Shown here piece after piece: positions 1 to 14,500 of a stretch of DNA of 64,000 bases. This stretch comes from Tubulanus polymorphus (taxonomy: Eukaryota; Animalia; Nemertea). The stretch spans positions 24,532,299 to 24,596,298 of the forward strand of contig NC_134025.1 of NCBI RefSeq assembly GCF_964204645.1, in the 5' to 3' direction. Both the position numbers and the translations under genes were made by a program. How positions within the stretch are numbered: the first letter of the stretch is position 1; each line of letters opens with the position of its first letter. The notes under the pieces were generated by a model. The model did no database searches. It worked only from the letters and a program-made list of their open reading frames with translations, and was not told the origin of the DNA.

Positions 1-70
1 CGGTCCAAAATGCAAACGGGCTATTCTATCATATACTGTTCATTTGATAAACCATGGACGTATAAATACT

Positions 71-256
71 AGGATAAAACTATGGACTCTGATAGACCAT
101 GGACCCTAAAACAAGATTATTTTTTTATAAATTAATGCTAGGATCAAACCATGCACTCTGGTAGACCATGGACCCTAAAACGAGAGTATTCATGAAAAAA
201 CAATGCTTGGATCAAACCATGGACTCTGATAGACCATGGAAACTAAAACGAGAGTT
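71..256. repeat. Three imperfect tandem copies of a ~69-bp unit, probably internal to a transposon fragment
   Basis: GGATCAAACCATGGACTCTGATAGACCATGGACCCTAAAACGAGAG-like core seen at ~71, ~140 and ~208. Confidence 0.8.
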
Positions 257-3200
257 TTTGAGTCCACGGTAAGCGCACCATCTCTTTAAATTAACGTCTG
301 CTTCGCTTGATGACGGAAAGCCCGACTAATCAAGCAACAAGTTCTATTTAGATTTCATCCCGGCCAGATGATCGTATCGCATCGATTTCGGTATCGAATC
401 TGTAACCGAAATAATATCGCCATGAGATCTTTGAAGTCTGTCATTTGAAAAACCAAATGCATTTGACAAAATAACAAGAGCGTCGATTGATAACAACCGC
501 TGATGCTCATATGACATCCACCTCTTCAGGGAGAATGGATGAATTAAGCCTATTGATACGGAGAATATCATCCAGCGCTCACTCGACGCTATAACAAAAG
601 CCGGTGACCAGTTGTGAATATGCAAATCACGCGTCGCCTATAAAAACCCCCGAAATCACGGCTGAGCAAATGTTCGATTCACACAGGGTACGTAGGCCCG
701 GTAAATGACAGCGGTGCGTCACCGATGCTCAGACGACCGCAGACGGCCGGTTTTGGTTTTCGAAAAAAAATCGACTCGCTCTTGAACGGCGGCCATTGTT
801 TTGAGGGTATGACGGCCGGCCAGCGTAAGGATCAATTTACGACGAGATAACAAACTGAAAACGAGAGTCGTTCATGGCACTCGTACGCCGCTTGTTTCTA
901 TTGTACCCGCACCGCTTCGAGAATGCTCTCGTGTGCAGATTTTTTAATGATCATTTCTGTGGCGTGATGCACGTTTGAAAAAATGGTTAATGAGAATTTC
1001 ATGATCATTTGCCAGCATATGGCACCGTTTTCATAATTGCTCACATGCCTTAATCGCCTAAATAAACAATATCTCTGAAGCGGTATAAAGTATCCTTAGC
1101 TTATATTAAATGAACAAACAAGGCCTAGTAAAACATGATAGGCGCGAGATTTTGAAGGGTTTTCGATCTAGAAGTTTTTGTCGGACATTTCAAGTGACCA
1201 ATGGAGCTAAACTGAAAAAAGCGCATTTTTCAGAAACACTTCTTAGAAATGGCACCTAAATTACACAGATGGCACAGCATGTGTACGGCACATAATCTCC
1301 AATAAGCAATATATCTCAATTCAACGGCTTAAATCTTATCAGGATCCTATTGGATAACGTTAGACTACAGCCACCTGGTGATATTAAAAACCTTTATTTT
1401 ATCGCCCAGTGGATTCAATACCCGATACATTCGGGGGGGATGGGGGTGGGGGGAAATAAGGTTAGAATATACGGTTGTTCTTTTAAAGCAGGTAAATATT
1501 GTATCTATCTCGCGTCTATTTGCGGATTATAGCCTCGCTCACAATACACCGGAAACTAGGCAATCATCGATGGATAACAAACTGTTTTTATCTCGCGCCG
1601 GCGGTCCTGTCACCCCCTCCCCGATCCTCCCCAACTCCCCCCCCCCCCCCGGGTAAGACGAGGTAACTAATACGAGCCGAGTGTTGATAACCGATGACAA
1701 ATGCTCGTGACATCGTTGATGACCATTAGACCAGTGTTTACGACCGAGCCGCGCGGTACGGCTGGTGCGTATACGCAAAGGTATGACGGTGAATTTGTCA
1801 CCCCGCATTCCCTTAGTCACGCCGATAAATCACTATAGCTGACACCGATGATAGCCCCGCGACTGTCGTTAATGGTAATGCTTCGATGGCCTTAAGACCA
1901 TCGGATGTCGGGAAACAGACTTAATGTCGTCGCGTCTGAGATCGCATAAAAACATTGACAACCGTCAGAAGTGGGCACTGTAGACTTTCTCAAGAGCTAT
2001 ACATAGAAAAATCGACATTATCAAAAGACGTAAGGCTTCACAGACAAAATATAGCTTTGAAGGCCATGTAATTGGACATTTTTTTAAAAATAAGATTTGT
2101 CCAGCCCCGGACAAATTACCAGACTGCTTGAGAAAAAACGGGGAAGAATTTTGTACTGACTGCTTCACCTTCGGGGGGGGGGGGGGGGAGGGTTTAGAGA
2201 AATATATGAACTTTTCTTTCTTTAAAAGAAAGCACATGCGTATTTACTTTGTGGATGAGACATATCCTCCTAAAGCACGTCAAAAACTGTCTGATGCAAA
2301 TATATATTACAGTGCCGCACATGTATCACGACATTCTTATCCTACTTCCTAATTGATGAAATAAATCTACTCTCGTAGATCGTACCTTGGTAGATCAATT
2401 GTTTCAGTGTACTAGAAATGAAGCTATTAGGGCTATGACAGCCAATTTGATGGCAAGATGTATGTATGTTTCAACATGTATGTATGGTAAAAAAATGACA
2501 ATAAAGGCCAAAATATAGGAAGACAATGAACAAATAAGAATAAATAACAATTGTTATAAGGGGAGAGGAAAATGAGATTTTCATCAACTATAAACATGAA
2601 AACCAACTTTCCTACAAGCGGCACAACCTTTTTGTACTCAAACTGGAGCATTTTGTCATAACAGAAAACATACTAGGCATGTGCCAGTTCAATAACCTTA
2701 AAATATGACTTACAATTCGCACCTGTTCATTTACACGATACAAATTTTGAAAAACACAAAAAAACATTTTGAAATTTGAGGGCGAAAACTGTTATGTACA
2801 TATTTTTTCAGCGAGTTCGAGAGGGACACGGGATAGCAGATGGCAGATGGGCAAAACGCTGACAGTAATGACCAGATCTGATTGGCGTATAGTGCCATAG
2901 AGTTTCGAAATCAGTTAATCCGTAATCATATTACAATACACCAGAAAGACTGACAATATCTAATATCTGAAACACACAGGCCACTGGAAACCGCATAAAC
3001 CACTTATTTCAAAATTGTGGGTGTAGAGATTTTTCAACGAACACATGCTACAGTTATCTATTTCTAGTCGTATCAAATTCACCAATTCGAACGTCGCGCA
3101 TTGTATTTTCATTTATGAAAAACATATCCGTCTCGTAGAGCAGTCGAGTTCTACTGCAGAACTGAAAGCCGTGTCAATAATTTACTGAATGACGTTTCTT

Positions 3201-6200
3201 TTTTCTTTCTATACTATGTTTTTGACAAAACTGAAGTAAATTCGCCGCAGCAATATTAGAACGTGTCAAAAATCAGCAATTGGCCGCAGCAATTAAAAAT
3301 TACTTCCAACGCACTAGTGAGGAAGAGTCAGTGATTATTAAAATATGACCAGAAAAAATGAGTGCAATATATAAGACTAACAGAATGCAAAATTTCCTAC
3401 AAGAGCATCAGTTCTGGTTCCCGGAACATACGCCGAGTTGTATACCCCCACCAGATACCTAGAAACATGAACCCTGGCCATTAAATAAGCCAGATATGGA
3501 AAATAAACATCCGTCATCATTAAAACGAGAAGAAAAAGTGCCTCGAAATGAAACCATCAAAATTATCAGGCTTCAAAGGTGAAGCATCCAACAACTCACA
3601 AAAGAAACCATAGAGAAACGCACAGATCAAGCGACTTTTGTTTGAAAGTCGCGGTATGAAAGCGAATCTACCCGGGTGCATTGTTAGCCGCTTTCCAGTG
3701 TCATATTAACGAAAGGTCTTCGCAAGGATTCTGGGCGTAGTGAGACAACTGTGAAAAGTGGTACTTAGCACAAAAGTGCTGCAACCATCAATGGAACTGG
3801 CATGCTGTAATCAGAGACGCTGGCCGAGGCGCAAACAGGGTTAATGAGTGGATTACGAATGATATTAGATATCATGACTGTCACGTTAGCGATATTAACT
3901 TATAATAATCATGTCATATATACGGCTATCGCGAGATACCTAATGATGACAGAATGCTTACTAACGCACAACAGACTTCCAGTGACACAACGCCAGCTAA
4001 TCTGAAGTTCCTTCGATGGCGCAATCTCTCGATTACCGTGATTACATCAACGAAAATAAAAATAACCTCTCGCCTTGTGATGTCAGAATTATGATCGAAT
4101 ACGCAACTTCCTCTCCTCTTACAAGTGAAGACGATATGACTGAATCGCGACATGGACGTTTAAGGCGTGTTCACCTATCACTAGTTAGACCGTTCTAAAT
4201 GGGTACGTACCTGGAACGTGCCAAATTTGGAAGGGCCAAATCAGACTGTGCGATCACACACGTGTCGCTGAATTGGCTATAGATAGGTATCACTGGCCCT
4301 GCAAGATGTCTCGATAAGTACTGAACCCCAGACATTCACATCTAAATGATAGATTTATGAGTCTCTGGCTGTTATCTATAAAACAAATTTTGATGACTGC
4401 AGTTTATCATAAATCTGGACACATCAATGTATGGTAAATTTCTAGGGGATTTTCAAAACGATTAAAAACGGATACGCGCAAGATTTTAAGATTTTAGCAC
4501 GGGTCAAATTGTTGCGTGTGAATTGCAACTGGGGTCCAGGAGAAATTCTCTTTGCATCGTTCAGCATCGGGTTAGTGATTTACGTGTGAACACTGGCCAA
4601 ATTTGACTCTGGTCTGATCCGTGTCAATTCGGCCGAATCGCCTCCGTATTATGGTGGCCATAGACTGACCCTGATCCTTAAACTTCCTTTCTAATTATCT
4701 AAGACATCAAGGAATAGTTGAGTTATTCCATAAGCAATGTTTTCGCGAATTTTTTTGTGATTCTATCACGGCGAATGTCTAAATCATTATTGTAAGAATG
4801 TCACATACTAGATCTCCTCGGGCGTCGTAACAAAAGTATTCTCCAATAGTCGGCGAAAGAATTTACTGCGAATTCCCGTCGAATTTCGAATGACATCGAC
4901 CTGTCAGTCATTGTTATCAATGGCATTTCTAATAAGGCTTACGCGTCCAGCTTTCATATCCGAGTAATAATCCGAAATTAGTAACTCTCAGTGGGATTTG
5001 TGTCCACGTCAATGCACCGACATTCATTTCACATCACGACAGGATGGAAGAACACGCCGAACCATCAACGCGATTCCGGCAACTGCACCTCAAAGGAAAA
5101 ATGTTTTCAGTGAACCGATTCGATATACCTAGACGAAAACCAGCGACAAATAATGGAATTTTCTAATAAACGTAGAGGCATTTCCACCGTAATTCGGAGA
5201 CATGATTGCGCCGCTCGTACGCGACCGTCAGTCGACAACAATGCCCGGTTAGTTTGGTGCCGTTGTCAGTTGGCATTTTTAATTTCAACATCTTTGAGCC
5301 GCTGCGGAGGCGAATTCACACTTCATTTACAAGACAGGACGTGCGCACGCAGCAATTTTGTGTAATTTTACCGGGAATCTTGCAAGTTTTGCAACATCCT
5401 GACCGAATGAATAGCCCGCATCATCGTTCGTTTACTGGCACCATTTCAACTTAACACTCCATACACGATTTAAGCTTAAAGTGCAAAAAGCACGAAAATG
5501 AAATGACAAAGAAACACGGTGATTCAAAAATAAAATGGCATGCACCAATGTGATTGCATTTTCACTTAATATTGGACAATAATAAGCCACAAAAATCTAA
5601 TTGTGCTGAAAATGCAACTTCAATTACATTTTCTGTTGATTAAAAATAAGCTGAATATTCATTAGACGTGTGTACGGTCGTCCCGCGAACCCCCTACAAT
5701 CCATGAAAATCATACTACTGTTAATGAAAATGCCCCACATAATATTCCAAGCGACAACATTAAAGCCGGGATTAAACAGCTGTGTTAAAAGCAAATATTA
5801 TCAACACTAAGGATACCTAATAATTGTAGAGTGTATCTACACAAACTTTATCACCAGGCATTAACTATTACAAGTTTGGTTAGTATTGCTTGTGTACGAT
5901 GAACGATGAACGAGGCTAGATTCAATAAATCTCACATAAAATCAGCGTCAAAATTTTCATGAATGTAATTTCTTTTTGTCTCAAGGATGTATAGGATATT
6001 AAGAAACTGAGTACGCTAATACAGCCCGCAGTATTCATTAGTTTATTGTCAACAAACCCTAGCCAGTAATAAAGCAAATAGTTCTTGAAAATTGTGCGTT
6101 CGAAATGGCAATTAAAAAAAACACGCACAAAACCAATCGATGAAATGTAACGATAAAAAGGCAGTAAATCAGAATAGTTTTATCTGAATAAAGAAAATAC

Positions 6201-8532
6201 TATGCGCAATATTCTGAAGAATATCTACTGAAATTTGATTGCATTGATATTCAACCCAAGCCATCCCTATCAATAATACAACGCGATATTAGATATGCAA
6301 AAAATATTTCATCATGAAATATGTCATTTTAGAAAAGGAGGTTCCAACTAAAGCATTGAAAATAATCAAGCATAGTAAGAAGCACGAATGGGCCCCGATG
6401 AAAAATTGCTAGAGATATCAGAGATCTAGATTACAACCAACTCCCCTGAAAAGAAAGACTATCAGAAAAAGTATCCGAGAACTATTACTACTAGTCTTTT
6501 GATCTTAAACAGGGTGCTCTAGGATCGACGCAAACAAATTCAACAAACGCCGACATCGCTCAATTCATGCCGCAGCAGCAATAAAACCGCTTTATAATTG
6601 ATGATACGGAAAGCCGCCAATCGTGACCTCATAGATTAAGAGCGAGACCCCGTTGAGAATCGGATTGAAGATATTGTAGATCATGCGATGTCAGTATCGA
6701 TGGCTAATGAGGATGCGAGGCTTCGCGAGGTGTTCATTAGCTTCATACCGTGACGTGGACAAATTCAATAGAATTAAACACCTATAGATGCTATCATAAT
6801 TGTTTACGAGGCAGAGTGGCAATAATCAGCGTGATTCCATTCATTTATTATATACTACCATGAAAATGTTTGTTCGGAAATAATTGCACGGAAATATTTC
6901 GGATAAATGCAGTTGCCCTTAAAAAAAATCCCCATACACTTCGTAAAACCAATACAAAGTTTGTCAAGATACAGATGATTTGGACGAGAATATCATCAAC
7001 ATTATGGAATCAAATCCTACAAATATTATGAAACAATGCAATTAAATTGTATGTTACATAGTGTAATATCAGTTTTATATGAGGCCGACAATGCATACGT
7101 TTTGCAACCTGTCGCCGCATTTGACAGCTGCCCCACCAGCGGCATGTTCGATTGACTTTTTGAAACTATTTCTTTCAAAATCTACATTTTAATGGTTTAT
7201 ACCATACAAAAGTAGAATGAACACGCCATATACAATAAGACAGACAAGGCCATATTCACATAATACAATAATTGATTGACTTCACATGGTGCAAATTCAT
7301 GTGTAAATACACCGACAAAGTATCGAAATTAAAGACTAGTTAGCAAAAATATACTATCGTCTATCTCATCTTTCGCATTTTAAGAACATTAGATGATGCA
7401 ATCCAAACCAACTAAGTACAAGTTAAAAGATCAAAAACAAAATTTAATGGAGATAATGAATAAACATTCTAGCGCAAAAATGTTGCGAAAAATTAGACTG
7501 TATTTTATTTCTTACTTTTGATGATTCTAATATCTACTGAGACGCCTATGACATTTCTAAGTGAGACGTATTGAGGATCTATCATCTAAGGATATGGGCC
7601 TACAACTAATAACCAATTGATAGTCAAAATGTAGTTCAATTCTGATTTTTAAAAATCAGTCAAACAAATGTTTAGGCCTATGAAAGTCATAAAAAAGCTT
7701 ATTAAAGTCATCACAATAAATCAAAGTATGACACCAGGCCAATTATGCAGATATTTTTACATATTACCACAGACAGCAAAACAGCACAAGCATGTTCATA
7801 AAATCAGGGAGAATTTGAAAAACAGCTGTACAACCATTTCAAAAATATTTTCGCACGGTTCTTATCTCTTGTGAACATTTCGAATGAAATTAGAACTAAT
7901 ATCAGTAGATTAGTTTAACACCAGAATGTGCATAGATGCTCGATGACAACGTACCTGTACCTACGCACAGGAAACTACACCAGGGTAACTCAAATTCAAT
8001 TCAATTCATAATCTCACTGGAAATTAACACATTTGAATAAGATCTGTCAGAGTGCTAAAAGACCACAATTGAATTAGTTACCTGAAAGATGTGCTTAAGC
8101 AACTGCATCATAAATAATGAATCGAGTTATCTAAGAGCATAATAATAACTAAATATTTTCAACGAAAAATGTTCACGACTTTCAATGGAACCTTTTCACA
8201 CACAATGCTGCTGAACATACTAACTTCACTCAAACACATTTTTCTAGGGATTTCGTTGAAAGTAATAGGTTTTCTATGCAGAGATCATGACAAAGAAAAT
8301 TGTGGTGCCATCTATACGAACTAATGACGAGTTAGCTGAAGAGAGTCCATGATAAGAGTATTTAGCATGCCACCTATCTATCAGGATAACACTATACTAT
8401 AACCAAAATTTAAAAAATGTCGCAATTTCCTATCTATTTTGTCCGTTCTATTATTCCCCATTCCATTTGCATGTAAAAGCATACAGATTATAATATATGT
8501 GCAAAAAACAATATATAAGTTGTTTCGAAAAT

Positions 8533-8541
8533 AAAGGATAC
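8533..8541 (-). other. U12-type (minor spliceosome) 5' splice site
   Basis: Minus strand reads CAA TCA TT|GTATCCTTT, an exact GT-type U12 donor consensus, at the point where RalGAP-alpha homology stops. Confidence 0.85.
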
Positions 8542-11500
8542 AATGATTGATAGAATTCTAACTGCGAACGTCTAGCGCAACTCGCGTTGATGGCCGTAGC
8601 ACGAACTAATCCTGGAAGCACCTTGTGATCGATGATAGCACCATCAAAAAGAGGCCCAAAATACGGCACCTGTAAAAATACGAAATGATTTTGACCAACT
8701 GTTTTCGCTTGGATACGTAACAAATGATAAGAATTCAACAGACCTCTGGTTTTCGATCGATTTGAATTCGATATAAGCCAGTCTCTAGAGGATATATACA
8801 GATTAAAACGTCTCCGAATTCAGTAGGAATAATTCCACGGCGATAATCTCGATAATGTTCCGACCAGATGATCTGCACTTCATCATTGCCCAGATGCCGC
8901 AACTGAAAAAATATCTCATCAAAATAACACATATTTAACATCTACTACTCCGCATATAATCTTACACTAATCGGTTTTCCTTCGATTAAGTTCTTCATAA
9001 TGATTCAATGAATCAAAATCTGATTTTGGTTTCCATAAAAATGACACACAACCAATAAGTACTCTAAGACGAAATACAGTAACTTCAGAAATCAGACACA
9101 GTTCTAACAAGAACAGCCAACCATATTCTGATCAAGACAATCTTGAAAATAAGGACAGCAGCAATATCGATGGAAGTAAATATAGTTAGTAACCTTTTTA
9201 TTTTTTGTGTCGTCCATTTCTTGCGGCATTCTGGTTGAGACATGAAAGATAACTTCAGAACATGATGTGGCATAGTAAGGGGCAGTGTCGCCATTAGACT
9301 TGTTTGACTGTAAGCCACCTCGGAAACCACAGTGGTGTTCCAAATCAACCTAAGTAAAACAATAAATTTACATCAAAATCTTGATCGTTTGTGAATCAGA
9401 AAATGATTGCAAGAATGTAGTAATCTTGTTTACCTCCCAACCAAGGCCAGAAACAAAGTCTTCATATGCCTTGCTACCTCCAGAGTTGTTCAGTATTGAC
9501 ATCTTGTCCTCTTGCCCGGCAGCAACGTATATCACAGCTACTTTATGTGTTTCTCGACTAAAATATTCATCAAATTCATTCAAGAGTATTATTAATGAAT
9601 TGCCATACTACATTGAAAATTATCTAAAATATGCTTACCAATACTGGTTATCAAGGTTTTTCAGTTCTCTCAGCAATTTATCACTTTTCTTCAGTAAATC
9701 AAAATGTGCTCTACAAAGACCAATGAAACCGCCAAACTGCTAATGAATTTTACTAAATGAATGGTCATCTAAACTATTAAAAACCTTAGTAACTGACACT
9801 GTACTAGAATGTACTTCAGCATGAAGCACCACGATTAATTCTGTCTTCCAAATACAAGTGATCATTCTACATAGATTATACTATTGTATTTGAGGTAACA
9901 AGGAAGGGAAATACGTGGGATAACAGTAAAACATATATCCAAATGATATCCATTCCGATTATGAAACATATAATTGATGTACCTTTTTTCCCACGCAATG
10001 AATCCTAGCTGACTAAGTAACATTCGACACATCTGGAATTGTGAAGTAGGTTCCTGCGCTGGTTCGGGCTCTTCTTGCCTGGCTATCATACTGAAAAAGA
10101 CAATCATTATTTCTCACGAATATTCCACAGAAGTTTTCCAGGCTCTGTACAGTGAAAGAGGTTACGTACCCGTTGTCAGCTTTGTGAATTTCTGTGTATT
10201 CTTTTTCAGCGACGCGTTGACTGAGCACTGTCATAACAACGTTCTCTTCTACCGATTGAGTAATATCCTCGGGAGCGGGAGGTGGAATATTCAGAGGTTC
10301 ACCCGGTCGCAACTGACATTCTTTACTTGTGACGCCGATGTATACAAGCAGCTGAAATGATAATATTTTGAATAAAGCTCAAGTAAATAAACCATGCAAT
10401 CGGAATCGCTGAAATCCTTCGTTTGCCAACTGCTTGCACTCACATCATCTAGATTGTCCATGTCATCTCTAGTGTAGTCGTACAATGGCAGCTCATTAGG
10501 TTTACGCATGAAAGAACCTCGTCTCGAGGGCGGCAGTGGTTGAATATGTTCTATAAGAGGTGGCACTGATAGGTATTCGTCGTTATCTGGTTCAAACAGT
10601 GATATGTTTGGATCTGCAAGAAAAATGACAAAACAATCACTGTTGGTATTCTCAGCGGATTTTTCAATATATACATCTAATTTTCTCGATGCACCATTAT
10701 AATTCCTATGAATATTTCACAAACATACAAGAAAACTTTTCATGAGAACAATTATCTACTTACTAGGGATATAAGAGTAGCTTTGACAATCAGGGGGCCC
10801 AAAGAGAATGGCGCTGTCCCAACAGAATTTGCCAGCTACATCACGAATGACAACTCGTGTCACAGTATTTCCAGTCGTCAAACCAGATGTAACTCCTCCA
10901 CCCGGTACATCCAACTAAAAAGCAATAGATACTGTCAGTACATACATAACTATCAGATGTACAAATGATTCTAAATGAATAGATCTTTGTATTGAAATAG
11001 GATAGACTATTATAACATCCAAGTATGGACTTACCAGGGCTGGCAATTCAATAAATGATATCACAGCATTATTGTTCAATACAAAGAACTGAAAATATAA
11101 ATAATTACAAGATATTGGATGATATGGATTATTTTTTTTTTGTTTCACTCAAGCGACAATTCATAACATTTCGAACATTAATCATGTATCACAGAAAATT
11201 AATAAATAGCAGTTGATTATCCGATATACCTGAACATGTGGTGCTTCGAACAGTTCTGGTGAGAGTTCACTCAGTGGGAGTTTTGGACTGTCATGGAATT
11301 CGAGTACTGTACTATTCAAACGACTGGCACCTCCTGCTTTTGGAAAATGACCTAAATGGTTGACTAGATGATTTATGGCCTAGAAAATAAATGGAAATCC
11401 GTTTCAGCAATGATAAAGATAGGATAGAAAAAACAACTATCAAAATCTTACACGTATAACTATTGGTAAAACACTCTGTTCATGTTTCAATGATATATCT

Positions 11501-14500
11501 TTTCTAAATGTTGGATTTTCTAAATGTGTTTATATATGTGGTTTTAAATATGAAGGTATTCTGAAGGCAGAATAATGAAAGATGAAATCAAGCTAACAAC
11601 CTCAACTGATAATGTAATCTGCATAACTTACAGTTCTTGCAGCTAATTTCAGTGTATCCAGATCCTCGGGGACCATAGGTGACCTTCGCCCCATCTCAGG
11701 CAATGGAAGGTTCAAAGGAGTTTTTGGAGTCGTTGGTCCACTCTGGCTTTCTCTGGAGCTTTCCACATCCTCATCATCATCTTGGTTAGCAAAGTCGCTT
11801 AAAATGTTTAACGTCAAACTGCTTTTTGACATTTGAGAATTGTTTCCAGTTGCTGCCTGATTAAGCACCTGTCATAATGAAATACAGTGTTTCTGGTAAT
11901 TTCCATCATCGTTCTGTACTTACACTTAAGATACTGGTTTCCCAGTCTGGAGTATTCATTTTGCAGTTACCACACGCCAAAGTAACTTATAGGCAATGCA
12001 ACAGATACTACAATTCTAATGTTTGTACCCTACCTTGAATACAGCATGAATGAGTGATTTTTGACCATTGCGACTGTCCAATAGCATTGACATTGGAACA
12101 CGAATACACCACTCCAAAAGACAGAATATCAATGATACAATAAAGCGTTTTTCTGAGTCCGCATTTGTTTTAGGTAATAGACTTGATATGGAATTTGCCA
12201 TCACCTGAAAAATGCCGAAAATGATTTGTACTCTTTAACATCCAAAAAACAATTAAATAGCAAGGTTTAAACATACCTCGATGATCTTATGTAAAAGATC
12301 GTTATGTGATGTAAGTAAAATCTGCACGTGATCGCACATGAGCAGTAACATATCACAGGCAACCTGAGCGACAGTTTTATCACTAAACTAGAAACACAAG
12401 AAAATAATGGAAATCACAGTAGGCTTTATATAGATTTGAATCCTTTTTAAGTTTCGTTTGCACACTCATGATTGATAACAGCATCAAACACGTACCCGCA
12501 AAGTGACTAGGAGCACATTGACAGCATCTTTTAGCTTGGAATGCATTGTACCATGATTTAATTCTTCATAAAGAAAAATGCTCAAACTACTTATTGCAAC
12601 ACACCTGAAAAAAATAATATCACAGATCATCAATAAATGGTTCCAAAATAAGGAGTTCATACTAATTTCCGGGAATTCCTATATAATAGTGCATACTTAC
12701 TTTGCCAGACCAGCTGGCTTCTGTTTCCCTGCCTTGAGTAAAACTTCGACTAAATGATCTTTTAAATCGGAACACAGGACTAGATTCATGCCATCAGGTA
12801 TAGGTTCTAGCACGCTAATCTCTTGGAAGTGGTTAGGAAAGCATAGTAACGAACCAAGCAGTGAAATGGCTTCAGCTTGTGGAGCCTAAAAATCATAGAT
12901 GAAAGATTCATACATGGACATCGGCACAATTTGTTTCTTCTCAAAGACATTTGACTAATATGCACCTCTACTTGTTCGGGGGAAGCAAAAATAGTATCGA
13001 CAGCCTGAATGAAATCGAGCATCATCATCGTGGATCCGGGAAGCGGCATAGAAAAGAATTTCGGCCCACAATGTTTCACCAACACATTTATAACATCCTG
13101 AAATAGATCAATACTGATCATTTCGAATCATATAGCAAAAATTAACACTAGAATAATTTTAAAAATGCGTAAAATAGTGTATCGACAAATAGTGTAATGT
13201 AGCTAGCTGATATTAAGTTTTCAGATACAAACGACCAAGTGAAGAAATACTTTAGTTAGTTTGGAAAATACCCCCTGGTACATGTACCAGAATTTAGAAA
13301 CAAAAACATCTGAGAGGTCAGTACCAGCCCATGCTAATTACATAACCTAAATATAATCCCATCAATTTCATCATCAAGAAGGATTTGATACCGGTAAGTC
13401 GAATAATGTCATACAAAATCAGTCAGTGGAATAAAAGTTTTTCGTTTCCACTTTTTACCACAACATCCATGTCTCACCGCTTTGGTGCCAGAGACTTCAC
13501 TGTTTTAACCAGTGGGATTAAAAGCTGAATATTGAAGTCTTACAAAAGGATATATAATATAATAATCAATTGATATATAAATATACCGGTATTGTGATAA
13601 AATCAACATCCATATATATTCAAGGTATAGAAATCGTGCATCGATGAAAACCAGAAATGAAAACAATAAGATAAAGTGATGATACAAATATAGATAATAG
13701 AAACGATGTTTGATGAAGTATTGTGCTCCGATACATATACGAAAAAAGTAAACGGGTCCAAAAATGAAAAAGCTGAAAAACTGATGAGATATACACAACA
13801 ATATACCGTCTTACCCCGAGTTCCCCTTGTTGCTTTATACGATAAAATAAACATTGTTCGTTCATGAATAATTGACACTCGATGGATATTTTATCATATA
13901 TTATCATAAAAACAGACATGATTGGATTTCATGCACAAGATCCAGAAAGACAGTACAAAAAGTTTAACATTAATAGCTAGTAATGGGACAGGATCGGTCA
14001 AAATTTTACTTGTTTCAATTTTACTTTCGTGAATTTAACTTATGTGCATGTACATTCCAGGCTGGACTGAAGAATTGTGCAAACGTAATATCGATCATTA
14101 CATAATTCTCCTGACGATATATATAGTTGAGGAATTTCCATACATAAATCGGACAGACAGGGAATAAGCATTAGATACCGAGTCGACCAGATCGACTAGT
14201 TCTTACCTGGTCAGAATTGACTAGTCCATAATGTAACAGTTGATAGAACTGACTGAGATGTTCCATTGGTAACATGACTTCATGACGTCGCACTGTCATT
14301 ATACAGAGCAGACGGAATGCCAACAGTTTTCCCTCTTTGAACTTATCCGGCATGGTTTGCGCCTGAAATACAAGAAACAATTACCACCGGTATAAAAGCA
14401 TGCTTTGCTAAAATCTACCATTGTTTTCAAAATGTTTAATATAATATGCAATGAACCGTAAAACTGTTGAACTGAAAACCTACCTTAAATACCCAAGATG

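Noticed and set aside
344-2651. Short ORFs at the left end
   Set aside because: No recognisable protein motifs; they overlap repeat-like DNA and poly-G/C runs inside the presumed RalGAP-alpha intron.
4164-4598. Old MITE with GGCGTGTTCAC / GTGAACACTGGCC ends
   Set aside because: Inverted ends are too degenerate and there is no TSD. If real, it would weaken the branch-point argument for the 4139 acceptor.
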